From a virus (Duplodnaviria > Heunggongvirae > Uroviricota > Caudoviricetes), in IMG/VR virus record IMGVR_UViG_2541047721_000003: a stretch of 26,524 nt of DNA; one strand, written 5' to 3'. The position numbers were made by a program, and so were the translations under genes. The notes beneath the pieces were generated by a model, which saw only the letters and a program-made list of their open reading frames with translations, did not search any database and was not told where the DNA came from. Positions 16,957 through 24,494 of this stretch are shown one piece after another; the first letter of the stretch is position 1, and each line of letters begins with the position of its first letter.

Positions 16957-19713
16957 GTTTCCACTGGTCAGGCTACCCCGCAGCAGGTCTGCTTTGCGGC
17001 GGGCGCGTTCAGTGGTTTCACTGATTCTCTGTGCGTGCTCTGCGTCACGGATGGCGCGCAGCATGTCAGAAAGCACGGTAACGGGGGTTTTCATGGTGTT
17101 CTGGTCCTGCTGAAGTGTGGATGCCAGGCGTGCGGCGGCTTCGGGGTCTGATGCCCCCAGCTGTTCCAGATAGCCGGCGACCGGGTTATGGCGGATCTCC
17201 GTGCTGCTTACGCCGTGATTACGGCTCAGGCGCTGCCAGAGCTGCGTGATTCGGCTGTCCGGGCGGGTATCCGGTTTGCGTACAATTTCAAATCCCTGCG
17301 GTGCAATGATGCTGCCGTCAACGTACAGGCTGCCGCCCCGTAACAGGTGCTGCATCTGCTGTTCACCGATATGCAGGCCGAGAGATTCGGCAGACTCCCG
17401 CCATTCTTTAGCGAGTAATTCGTGGTTATCAGGCAAAGGCCGCTGCTGTTTGCGGCTCTGTGTCCAGCTCTGCATTTCATCACTGCTGTTTTTTGCCTGT
17501 TTATCATGAAGCGAACGCATCAGCGCCCGGCGTTCGTGCCGTTTCAGTGAGCGCATCCATTCGTTCACTTCAACGCCATCAGGGAGCTGCGGCCACGGTG
17601 CTGGCCGTTCTTCCGGCTGTTCTGCCCCGTTGTTGTTCGTTTCCTGTACACGGGGACAGTTATTGCCACGAGTCCAAGGGGCGGCAGGGCCGCCCTGAAG
17701 GTCAAAACCATTTTCGCGGGCGCTGTCTTCCGTTTCCGGTTTACGTCTTACCAGTTTCCAGTTATCCGGATGCGTGCACACACGGGAGGATTCCCCGATG
17801 AGTGGTGACCAGATCCCGTAAATCTGTACGCTCTGTTCGCCGTAATCATTCAGCTCATCTGCGAGGTCGTAGGCGGTGCGAATCAGGTAGTCTTTGCGTG
17901 GAACAAGTACGCCGCCCTGTTTTTCAATGTAGGTGGCAAAACACCCGGCATCGGCGGCAGCGAGTACCGCATCCATTGCGTCATCTTTCAGTCGTTGCGG
18001 GCCTTCCGGGTTGCGTGCCATCTGGCTGGCAAGGCGGCGCAGTTCACGCCACACCTGACGGGAGGGGATGCCAAAGAACTGGAACTGGCGGACCCGATGA
18101 AGGCGCGCCCAGCCGATGGCGCGCTCCACACTCTCGGCCATTGATTTTCCGGTTTCGTGGTCAACGCGTGGCTTGCCCGTTTTCGGGTCGATGCCATCCA
18201 CGGCGCGGCTGTCCAGGTTCTTTCCGATGTAGGTCGCGATATAGCTGGTTGGTGTGCCTTTTGAGCCGTCGACGTACTCCGCTTTAAAACGCGGAGTTAT
18301 GTCATCGCCCAGCTCGTGGCGGTCTTCCTGAATGGCAATATCGCAGACGTGGGACACGATGGTTTCAATCTCGTCCGGATGTGCAAAGACCATCATATGC
18401 CAGTGCACAGTGCCGTCATGGTGAGGCTCCACCGTGCGGATGCCATACCAGCGAAGACCGTCGCGGTTCAGTTTTTTGCGGACCGCCGCAAAAAAAGTGT
18501 TAACCAGGTAATCGCTGGAGTCGCGCATGGTGGCCCCGTTCCATTTGGGATTCGGATGACCGTTCTCCGTTGTTGCGTGGTATTTTGACGGGCAGGTAAC
18601 GGTCAGAAACACCGCTCTGTCGCTACGGGCTTCGGCCAGAAGTTCCAGTCCCTTCATGGTGGCCATCATTTCTGCCTTACGGTGAACCGGGTTACTTACT
18701 CCCGCGTAATACACTGTCTCGAGATCAATCGTGAACCCGTCTTCATTTTCCAGCATGAAACTTTTCAGGAAATCGCGTGTTTTCTCGCGCTGTGCGCGAA
18801 ACTCGCTTAACGCGTCCTGGCTCAGATAGGGCGATGTTTTTCTGGAAACCAGACAGGCGGCGCGGAGTTGTTCTTCCCGCCACTCGCAACGTAACAGCCA
18901 CAGTTTGCGTTTCCACCATTCCGCACAGGTCAGGCGAAGGATTGCGCCCGGCAGCAGTTCTGTGTCCGGTTCGTTCCTCCGGTCTTTGTCTGTTGTCAGT
19001 GCGTCATAATGCGGAGGCATGGCGTGCAAGTGTAACGCCATGCGGGCTAGCATCTGATACGCCTTCAGCGTTACATCCATGGTCAGCTCGCCATCAGTCG
19101 CGCCAAAACCATCGCAGAGTTTTTCGAAGGTGCTGCTGAACATCGCCGCCGTCATGGTGGCCAGCGTCTGTATCTGGTGTTTGTTGAGTTGCGGCAGGTA
19201 AAGCAAATCGTCCAGGCGTTCGCGTCCGGCAAGGGACCGATAACCCGGTGTCAGCCAACGGCTGTCGGTGCGGTCCAGACGTACGAATATTTTGCGCAGG
19301 GTTCCGCGCGCGTAGCGTTCAGCCTGCCAGCTCTTTTTGCCTTTCTGGCGATCGGCTTCCTGTTTTTTGCGCAGGAAGGAGAGGTGGCGAATAAGCGGAT
19401 CGCGCAGATAGGACGGCAGCAGGCGCAGCGAGGCCATGGCTTCATCCACCGCGCCGCGTGCCTGTTTTCTGGCGTCTCCTGCCAGTGTGATGGTTTTGTC
19501 CTGTTTTTCCTGTGCGTCCAGGTTTTTATTAATCAGGTTGCCCAGCGGCGTTGCGGAGAACGCCGCATCAGCCATTTCCTGGCGGCGCTCGTTCTCTGCC
19601 CGGTAGGCATCCAGCCAGGAGGAAAGCGCGGATTCAGGTGCGGGGATCCCCGTTCCTTCACGCCCCACTGCGTGGCGCGGTTGTTGCCAGTCCCTGATGT
19701 ACTCTGCCGTCAT
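16891..19713 (-). CDS. A: Replication initiation endonuclease gpA (rolling-circle, HUH superfamily)
   Basis: 940 aa. HUH-type motif VHWHMMVF and paired catalytic tyrosines Y-x3-Y (SYIATYIGK, about residues 491/495 by manual count), as in the P2 A protein. Longer than P2 gpA (about 761 aa). Confidence 0.85.
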   Translation of the reverse strand: MTAEYIRDWQQPRHAVGREGTGIPAPESALSSWLDAYRAENERRQEMADAAFSATPLGNLINKNLDAQEKQDKTITLAGDARKQARGAVDEAMASLRLLPSYLRDPLIRHLSFLRKKQEADRQKGKKSWQAERYARGTLRKIFVRLDRTDSRWLTPGYRSLAGRERLDDLLYLPQLNKHQIQTLATMTAAMFSSTFEKLCDGFGATDGELTMDVTLKAYQMLARMALHLHAMPPHYDALTTDKDRRNEPDTELLPGAILRLTCAEWWKRKLWLLRCEWREEQLRAACLVSRKTSPYLSQDALSEFRAQREKTRDFLKSFMLENEDGFTIDLETVYYAGVSNPVHRKAEMMATMKGLELLAEARSDRAVFLTVTCPSKYHATTENGHPNPKWNGATMRDSSDYLVNTFFAAVRKKLNRDGLRWYGIRTVEPHHDGTVHWHMMVFAHPDEIETIVSHVCDIAIQEDRHELGDDITPRFKAEYVDGSKGTPTSYIATYIGKNLDSRAVDGIDPKTGKPRVDHETGKSMAESVERAIGWARLHRVRQFQFFGIPSRQVWRELRRLASQMARNPEGPQRLKDDAMDAVLAAADAGCFATYIEKQGGVLVPRKDYLIRTAYDLADELNDYGEQSVQIYGIWSPLIGESSRVCTHPDNWKLVRRKPETEDSARENGFDLQGGPAAPWTRGNNCPRVQETNNNGAEQPEERPAPWPQLPDGVEVNEWMRSLKRHERRALMRSLHDKQAKNSSDEMQSWTQSRKQQRPLPDNHELLAKEWRESAESLGLHIGEQQMQHLLRGGSLYVDGSIIAPQGFEIVRKPDTRPDSRITQLWQRLSRNHGVSSTEIRHNPVAGYLEQLGASDPEAAARLASTLQQDQNTMKTPVTVLSDMLRAIRDAEHAQRISETTERARRKADLLRGSLTSGNKKQTETGFTKPVNEQKTRRDI

Positions 19714-19719
19714 AGTGAT

Positions 19720-20085
19720 TTACTTCGTCATGCCATTCAGGGTGTCGCGGCAGACTGTAGCCAGCCGCTGAATTTCCAGCACGGTGTCTTCTGTGTCGGC
19801 ATGGCGATGTGTGATGCGGATGCTGTCGGCAATCACATCGACGATTGCAGAGGATGGGCGCTGGTAAATGCCAATAACGGACGGGGTGCCACCTTCAATG
19901 CGGTAAAGCCTGTAATTTCCCTCGTGGCTGTCAATCATGTAGCGACCATCAATAACAATCTTTCCGTCAGCGAGCTGCGGTACAGGCAGGGATTTCAGGT
20001 ACATGTCATAACGATCACGCACGCGAGCGGCAAGATCACGTTCTGTGTTGAGCAGGTATTCAAGAAAGTCGTTGGCGAGAATCAT
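19720..20085 (-). CDS. Hypothetical early protein, 121 aa
   Basis: ATG start; stop 7 nt upstream of the A start. No recognisable motif. Confidence 0.5.
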   Translation of the reverse strand: MILANDFLEYLLNTERDLAARVRDRYDMYLKSLPVPQLADGKIVIDGRYMIDSHEGNYRLYRIEGGTPSVIGIYQRPSSAIVDVIADSIRITHRHADTEDTVLEIQRLATVCRDTLNGMTK

Positions 20086-20157
20086 TGCGGCAATCCTCTT
20101 GTTACAGATGTGCGAAGGCCTCCCGCCGCAAGGTGCAGGAAAGGCCCGGAACAGGAA

Positions 20158-20388
20158 TTAATGGAGTTTGTTTTGCTGCTGGAAGAGTTGTTGCAGCTCG
20201 CGCAGATCATCCGCCAGATAGCTGAAAACAGAGGCGGAATAGATGTTCGATAGCGCGTGGCTGCGCTCATGCAGCATATTGATGTGCATGATTTGCGCGA
20301 CGCGTGATGCGCGGAAAAGTCTACGGTTGATTTCAGTCTGGATGTGACGACGCTCCGCGATAGCGCGGCGCTGTTTGCGGTTTGCCAT
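20158..20388 (-). CDS. Hypothetical early protein, 76 aa (basic N-terminus)
   Basis: ATG at 20388 with AAGGGG RBS. N-terminal MANRKQRRAIAERR suggests nucleic-acid binding. Unverified. Confidence 0.45.
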   Translation of the reverse strand: MANRKQRRAIAERRHIQTEINRRLFRASRVAQIMHINMLHERSHALSNIYSASVFSYLADDLRELQQLFQQQNKLH

Positions 20389-20565
20389 GGTGTGGCCCCT
20401 TGTGTAGTAAGTTGTGAAAACTCACCATCCAGAGCTGCGAAACTGTGGGTGGCGAGACGTACGAGGTTCGCAGTACCGGCTACACAAGAACCCGGCCCGA
20501 CCGAAGTCGGCCCCGTACGCCCCGCCATAATTCTGACGCGAAAAAAACGTGGCAATACAGTACGC

Positions 20566-20588
20566 ACAAAAAAACCGCTGGCGCGGTT
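20566..20588 (-). terminator. Intrinsic terminator (minus strand)
   Basis: Stem AACCGC/GCGGTT with a 4-nt loop, followed on the minus strand by a run of 8 T (A-run 20567..20574 on plus). Confidence 0.55.
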
Positions 20589-20725
20589 GTGCGCTTGTGT
20601 AGTCAGCAGGCTGCGAAACCCGGCACCCGTTTTATGAGGTGCAGCGAGAATGTAACCTGACTGATTGCGGCATGGCAAGCGGTTTTTTTGTGAGAACGGC
20701 ATACTAAAAAAATCCTGATACTGCT

Positions 20726-20750
20726 CCGGCCAGCGATTTTCACTGGCCGG
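20726..20750. terminator. Hairpin immediately after the SPFH gene stop (possible bidirectional terminator)
   Basis: 8-bp stem CCGGCCAG/CTGGCCGG with a 9-nt loop, 6 nt downstream of the TAA at 20757..20759. T-rich on the plus side; the T-run on the minus side is displaced by about 15 nt. Confidence 0.45.
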
Positions 20751-20756
20751 GTTTAA

Positions 20757-21587
20757 TTACTTCACCGGAACAAACGGAACAGCGGTGTTGCTGGTCATGT
20801 ATTGCGGCAGCGTGCCGTTCCATTTGTTGATTGCTTCCAGCTCCATAACGCCGGGATTCTGGCGCAGAGCTTCACCGCGTAAACGAATGGCGTCGGCTTC
20901 AGCCTGGGCTTTTGTGCGAATGGCATCGGCTTGTCCGGCAGCTTCTGCGCGCAGCATGTTGGCTTCAGCTTCGCGTTGCTTGACTTCCTGTTCACGTTGC
21001 AGGGTTTTCTGGTTTGCCGTGACTTTGGCATTAATGCTGTCGATAACGGTTGGTGGGTATTCCGGCTTACCCACATAAGAGAGGCTCATTACCTGAATGC
21101 CGATAGGTGTCATTTCTGCCTGAATGTCTTTAAGTGCTGAATCCAGCAGTTCAGACTTGCCACCGTCGATAAATTTATCGGTGGTCATTTTGCTGGCCAG
21201 TCGGTTGAGTGCGTCGGCGATCTTCTGGCGCAGGTCAGTGTCGGTAATGTCGTCCACGCCTTTGCGGTAGGTCTGAAACACCGTGGTAACTTTGGATGGA
21301 TCAACTTTGTAGGCCACGCCGATGTGATAGCCGATGGTTGTGCCGTCACTCATCTGGAAGTTGAACGGCTCATCGTAAGTCTTCATTTGTTTGAAAGTCG
21401 GGAAGATGTAAACCTCTGTATTCCAGCCTGTCCAGTAGCGGCCAACGCCAACTACTTCGCCGACGCCTTTGTCGTCGCCCAGTTTGTTGACTTTGATTCC
21501 CACATTACCTGGCTCAACGCGATCGCAACCAACCAGCAGGATGGCGGCAAAAAGCGGGAGAATCTGAAAGAGTTTGAATTTCTTCAT
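20757..21587 (-). CDS. SPFH/band-7 (stomatin/prohibitin/HflKC-like) lipoprotein
   Basis: 276 aa. N-terminal signal with lipobox (ILLVGC). Central region consistent with an SPFH domain. C-terminal Ala/Glu/Gln/Arg-rich coiled coil (QREQEVKQREAEANMLRAEAAGQADAIRTKAQAEADAIRLRGEA) typical of HflK/HflC/YqiK-type proteins. ATG overlaps the stop of the upstream small gene. Confidence 0.78.
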   Translation of the reverse strand: MKKFKLFQILPLFAAILLVGCDRVEPGNVGIKVNKLGDDKGVGEVVGVGRYWTGWNTEVYIFPTFKQMKTYDEPFNFQMSDGTTIGYHIGVAYKVDPSKVTTVFQTYRKGVDDITDTDLRQKIADALNRLASKMTTDKFIDGGKSELLDSALKDIQAEMTPIGIQVMSLSYVGKPEYPPTVIDSINAKVTANQKTLQREQEVKQREAEANMLRAEAAGQADAIRTKAQAEADAIRLRGEALRQNPGVMELEAINKWNGTLPQYMTSNTAVPFVPVK

Positions 21588-21787
21588 TGCTTGATTTCCT
21601 TGATGTACTTACTGAAAAGGCGAACAACGCCTGCCGGGTACAGCATGGCAATGAAAATGCCCAGCAATACCAGGAAGGAGCTGTCTGATGAAATCATTCG
21701 GGGGAGTAGTCCTGCATACAGAATGAAAGAGACGAGGACGCATACCAGCGCCCACATGTATGCGCGAAACCAGGTCTTTTTGTTCAT
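21584..21787 (-). CDS. Small membrane protein, 67 aa, two predicted TM helices (possible NfeD-like partner of the SPFH protein)
   Basis: Hydrophobic segments WALVCVLVSFILYAGLL and FLVLLGIFIAMLYPAGVV. ATGA overlap on both sides. Confidence 0.55.
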   Translation of the reverse strand: MNKKTWFRAYMWALVCVLVSFILYAGLLPRMISSDSSFLVLLGIFIAMLYPAGVVRLFSKYIKEIKQ

Positions 21788-22002
21788 GTTGATTGCTCTC
21801 TTTTGTTATTCAGGAAAAAGTCAAAAACGTTATCGATGCGCATCATGAGTTCGCGCTGCATCGCTTCTGGTGTTTCCGGTTCACCAGGCGACCCCAGCGT
21901 TGCGCAGAAATCAGCGATCTCGTGTTGAATGAGTTCTTTCAGCGTCGGTAAGGAATTCATGTGTGTGCGGCGATGCCTGCGTGTGATTCGCCTTCTGCTC
22001 AT
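21784..22002 (-). CDS. Hypothetical protein, 72 aa
   Basis: ATG start with ATGA overlaps on both sides (operon member). Basic N-terminus (MSRRRITRRHRR). Confidence 0.45.
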   Translation of the reverse strand: MSRRRITRRHRRTHMNSLPTLKELIQHEIADFCATLGSPGEPETPEAMQRELMMRIDNVFDFFLNNKREQST

Positions 22003-22202
22003 TTACGCTGCTCCTGTACCTGTCGGATAAGGTTTACCCGCGCCACATTAGTGGCGCAGAAGTAAGTGCCGTCAGTGAGGTAGATGTGGTGTGCATCCTT
22101 TTCCGAACGATGTTTGTCGATAGTGGTAATCAGGCGTTCGTCGACCTCGTATTCGCGCCCTCTGGAGGTAAAGCGAACGACGGGAAAATGCTTAATTGCC
22201 AT
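21999..22202 (-). CDS. Hypothetical protein, 67 aa
   Basis: ATG at 22202 with AAGGGGG RBS. First gene of the overlapping four-gene series ending with the SPFH gene. Confidence 0.45.
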   Translation of the reverse strand: MAIKHFPVVRFTSRGREYEVDERLITTIDKHRSEKDAHHIYLTDGTYFCATNVARVNLIRQVQEQRK

Positions 22203-22225
22203 TGCGCCCCCTTTGCCCAGTAACC

Positions 22226-22636
22226 CTATGCGTTAAATACGGTGCACTGTGCGTCATCAATGAATGCGACTTGAGAGCGCTCTATCAGGCGGAGATTTGT
22301 CAGAATTTCTGATTCCCTTATGGGGTGAGGAGTGATCAGGTATTTATCCTGTAACCCGGCGATAATGGTGTATCGCTGTAGCTCCGAGCCAATTGTGTAA
22401 ATAAGGCGTCCGGTGTTAGACAAATCCAGTCCGGTGACGGGTTGTGTTCTGAGAACCGCCAGTTCAGCATCCTGTTTTGCGATAATTTCGGCTGCTTCTG
22501 CCGTGACTCTTGCGACTATCAGTGTGTGGGTTGCGACGTCCATATGATTATTTGCTATGGCTTTTTTCGCTACTACGTTTTCTGTCTTTGAAATTTCTTT
22601 CAGTGCTCTGATGATACCTTCTTCTTTTGCGTGCAT
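22226..22636 (-). CDS. Hypothetical early protein, 136 aa
   Basis: ATG at 22636 with GGAGAT RBS. No recognisable motif. Confidence 0.5.
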   Translation of the reverse strand: MHAKEEGIIRALKEISKTENVVAKKAIANNHMDVATHTLIVARVTAEAAEIIAKQDAELAVLRTQPVTGLDLSNTGRLIYTIGSELQRYTIIAGLQDKYLITPHPIRESEILTNLRLIERSQVAFIDDAQCTVFNA

Positions 22637-22704
22637 TTTTGTATCTCCGTTATTTGCGTGTGCGAATACCTCCGTTAATACGGATGGTTTTCTCGTTTTC
22701 TTAT

Positions 22705-22842
22705 TTAATTTGATGTTTTATTTGTATCGTTATTCACCAGTGAAAAACGTTCAATCTTTTTTACTGAATGAATAATTCGCATAATTCCAATAGCGCAGGC
22801 CACCGAAATAATCAGAACAAGCCATGAGATAAATATACTCAT
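22705..22842 (-). CDS. Small hydrophobic peptide, 45 aa (single predicted TM helix)
   Basis: Not in the ORF track (too short). ATG at 22842 overlaps the stop of the upstream gene (ATGA). Manual translation MSIFISWLVLIISVACAIGIMRIIHSVKKIERFSLVNNDTNKTSN. AT-rich. Confidence 0.3.
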   Translation of the reverse strand: MSIFISWLVLIISVACAIGIMRIIHSVKKIERFSLVNNDTNKTSN

Positions 22843-23081
22843 GCGATATTCCCCAGCTTATACGGTTCAATATGTTCCCCGCATTCTGCGGCACAGATCA
22901 GCTCGGAAAGTTCGTTAAGTGCATCCAGATCATCAGCGTAAAAAGCCACGTCATACAGACTCCGGATTGCCCTGGTCAATGAGTCACGGGCTGCACGTTC
23001 AGCATGAGCGCCTGATGCACTTAAGCGAAAATAAAAACGCTCAAGTGCTTTGTTAATGAGAGTTTTATATTCTTTGCCCAT
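22839..23081 (-). CDS. Hypothetical early protein, about 80 aa
   Basis: ATG at 23081, 12 nt after the upstream stop; the track's 23132 start is TTG. Confidence 0.45.
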   Translation of the reverse strand: MGKEYKTLINKALERFYFRLSASGAHAERAARDSLTRAIRSLYDVAFYADDLDALNELSELICAAECGEHIEPYKLGNIA

Positions 23082-23092
23082 CGCAACGCCCT

Positions 23093-23371
23093 TTAATCTG
23101 CTTTCTGAATTTCTGCTTCTGAATCCATACAAATAATTTCGATATAGGGTTCATCGCCATTAGTCTTACGTGCTTTTTCCGCTTCGCTAATGATTTCGTG
23201 TACAGTCTGGTACGGAAGTTCTACGGTCAGGCGCGTGCCGTTCAGATAAACGTAAGTAGCTGCATTTTTTTCGGATGGAACGACTCCATCAATAGCTGAT
23301 GCGCGTAATAACAGTTCACCGCGAAAATCAATAAAACGAATAAATACACCTTGTGCATGCTCTTTGGTCAT
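23093..23371 (-). CDS. Hypothetical early protein, about 92 aa
   Basis: ATG at 23371 (MTKEHAQGVFIRF...), 11 nt after the upstream stop; the track's 23431 start is TTG. Confidence 0.45.
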   Translation of the reverse strand: MTKEHAQGVFIRFIDFRGELLLRASAIDGVVPSEKNAATYVYLNGTRLTVELPYQTVHEIISEAEKARKTNGDEPYIEIICMDSEAEIQKAD

Positions 23372-23381
23372 AAAGCACCTG

Positions 23382-23732
23382 TTATAAATCAGCCTGTTTA
23401 ATAAAACTTTGTCCGCGAAGCAGACGATCAACTGTGCGAAGTGCTTCGTACAATGTGAAATCCTGCCCGAACTGATTGTCGCCGTTGCTCAGTGCAAAAA
23501 TGCGGTTTCCGGTAAATGGGTTGCGCTGGCATCTGTGAACCACGATTCCTGCTTTTTCAATCAGCCAAGTGTGTTCACCAATTTGTTTTACTGGGTAGCC
23601 ATCCGGCGTTGCGTGTGTTTCGCTCAGGCTGTAGCGAGAGTTGCTACGTGATGCACTGGTAGCGAAACGGTTAGCATGGCGTTCCGCACCGTTGCGGAAG
23701 CGCTGCTGTGAAGAATTGCGCTGTAGTTTCAT
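23382..23732 (-). CDS. Hypothetical early protein, 116 aa
   Basis: ATG at 23732. First gene after the AT-rich insert, in the position where P2/186-type phages carry small early regulators. Confidence 0.5.
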   Translation of the reverse strand: MKLQRNSSQQRFRNGAERHANRFATSASRSNSRYSLSETHATPDGYPVKQIGEHTWLIEKAGIVVHRCQRNPFTGNRIFALSNGDNQFGQDFTLYEALRTVDRLLRGQSFIKQADL

Positions 23733-23869
23733 ATTAAAACTCTGTACCTTCGGTAAGGTGTACTCGTGTCACCTTGTATTGATTTGTGGTATTTTTTTTG
23801 TGTGTCTAGGACTTGGACTGGCCGGTTCAGGTCCTGGCTTATGTTTAATTAAATTGTTAAGAGGTTTTC

Positions 23870-24061
23870 ATGTCAGAAGATAAAAAAGTTGTTAATTTGT
23901 TGAGTGAACTTAGTGCTGCTCTGGATAACATTAACCCTCCCAGGGTAAAAACGACGGGTGATAAAGACGCATTAAACACAGAGATTCATATATTACTGGC
24001 GTTAGTAACTGACAAAATTCAGCGTAAATACCCACCTGTCACACAACTGGTTGATTTTTAA
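23870..24061 (+). CDS. Hypothetical protein, 63 aa (plus strand, convergent with the 140-aa gene)
   Basis: ATG at 23870 with AAGAGG RBS 5 nt upstream. AT-rich. Own upstream region 23733..23869. Confidence 0.45.
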   Translation: MSEDKKVVNLLSELSAALDNINPPRVKTTGDKDALNTEIHILLALVTDKIQRKYPPVTQLVDF

Positions 24062-24067
24062 TTTGAT

Positions 24068-24490
24068 TTATGCCGGGCTGCTCCCGGCATCTTCTAGCTG
24101 CCATAATGTCTCGTCACCTGATAGAGCAAAACGAAATGAGTGAAGTATATCCCCCCGAGAGAAGCTCACGGCTACAGCTGCGGGAAAGTCAAATATAATC
24201 CCACCTTCATTTTTAAAACGATTACGCAATTGATAGGCTATCGGTTTGATTTGTGCAGGAAGAGTATCTATATCTCTTCCATTGACAACAGAATCTTTGT
24301 TTTCAAGTACTGATTTAGCGATTAGATATAGATGCCAGTAACTGGTTACAATTGTTACTCCTGTGATGTGTCGTAAATTAATTGCAATTCGTCCGTTATT
24401 ATGTTTTTCCGCAAGGTATTTCAGGTTATCAATTAATGCTTGGTCATTTTTTGAAATAGTTATTGTGAAATCTGACGTGTTTGTTTTCAT
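24068..24490 (-). CDS. Hypothetical protein, 140 aa (AT-rich cargo gene)
   Basis: ATG at 24490, 5 nt after the stop of the Cox-position gene. Rough manual count about 36% GC over 24241..24480. The 221-aa version from ATG 24733 overlaps the upstream gene and is low-complexity. Confidence 0.5.
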   Translation of the reverse strand: MKTNTSDFTITISKNDQALIDNLKYLAEKHNNGRIAINLRHITGVTIVTSYWHLYLIAKSVLENKDSVVNGRDIDTLPAQIKPIAYQLRNRFKNEGGIIFDFPAAVAVSFSRGDILHSFRFALSGDETLWQLEDAGSSPA

Positions 24491-24494
24491 ACGA

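Noticed and set aside
19177-20253. 358-aa ORF on the plus strand
   Set aside because: Antisense to the A gene and the 121-aa gene; Cys/Arg-rich, non-protein-like composition; no RBS noted. Shadow ORF.
20440-20540. Possible tRNA near the GGTTCG-containing segment
   Set aside because: No acceptable T-arm stem or cloverleaf could be drawn by hand around the GGTTCGCAG segment. No tRNA is claimed in the window.
20082-20702. 206-aa ORF on the minus strand spanning the intergenic region
   Set aside because: Overlaps the better-supported 76-aa gene in another frame and is low-complexity S/T/R/C-rich. The region contains terminator hairpins and reads as non-coding.
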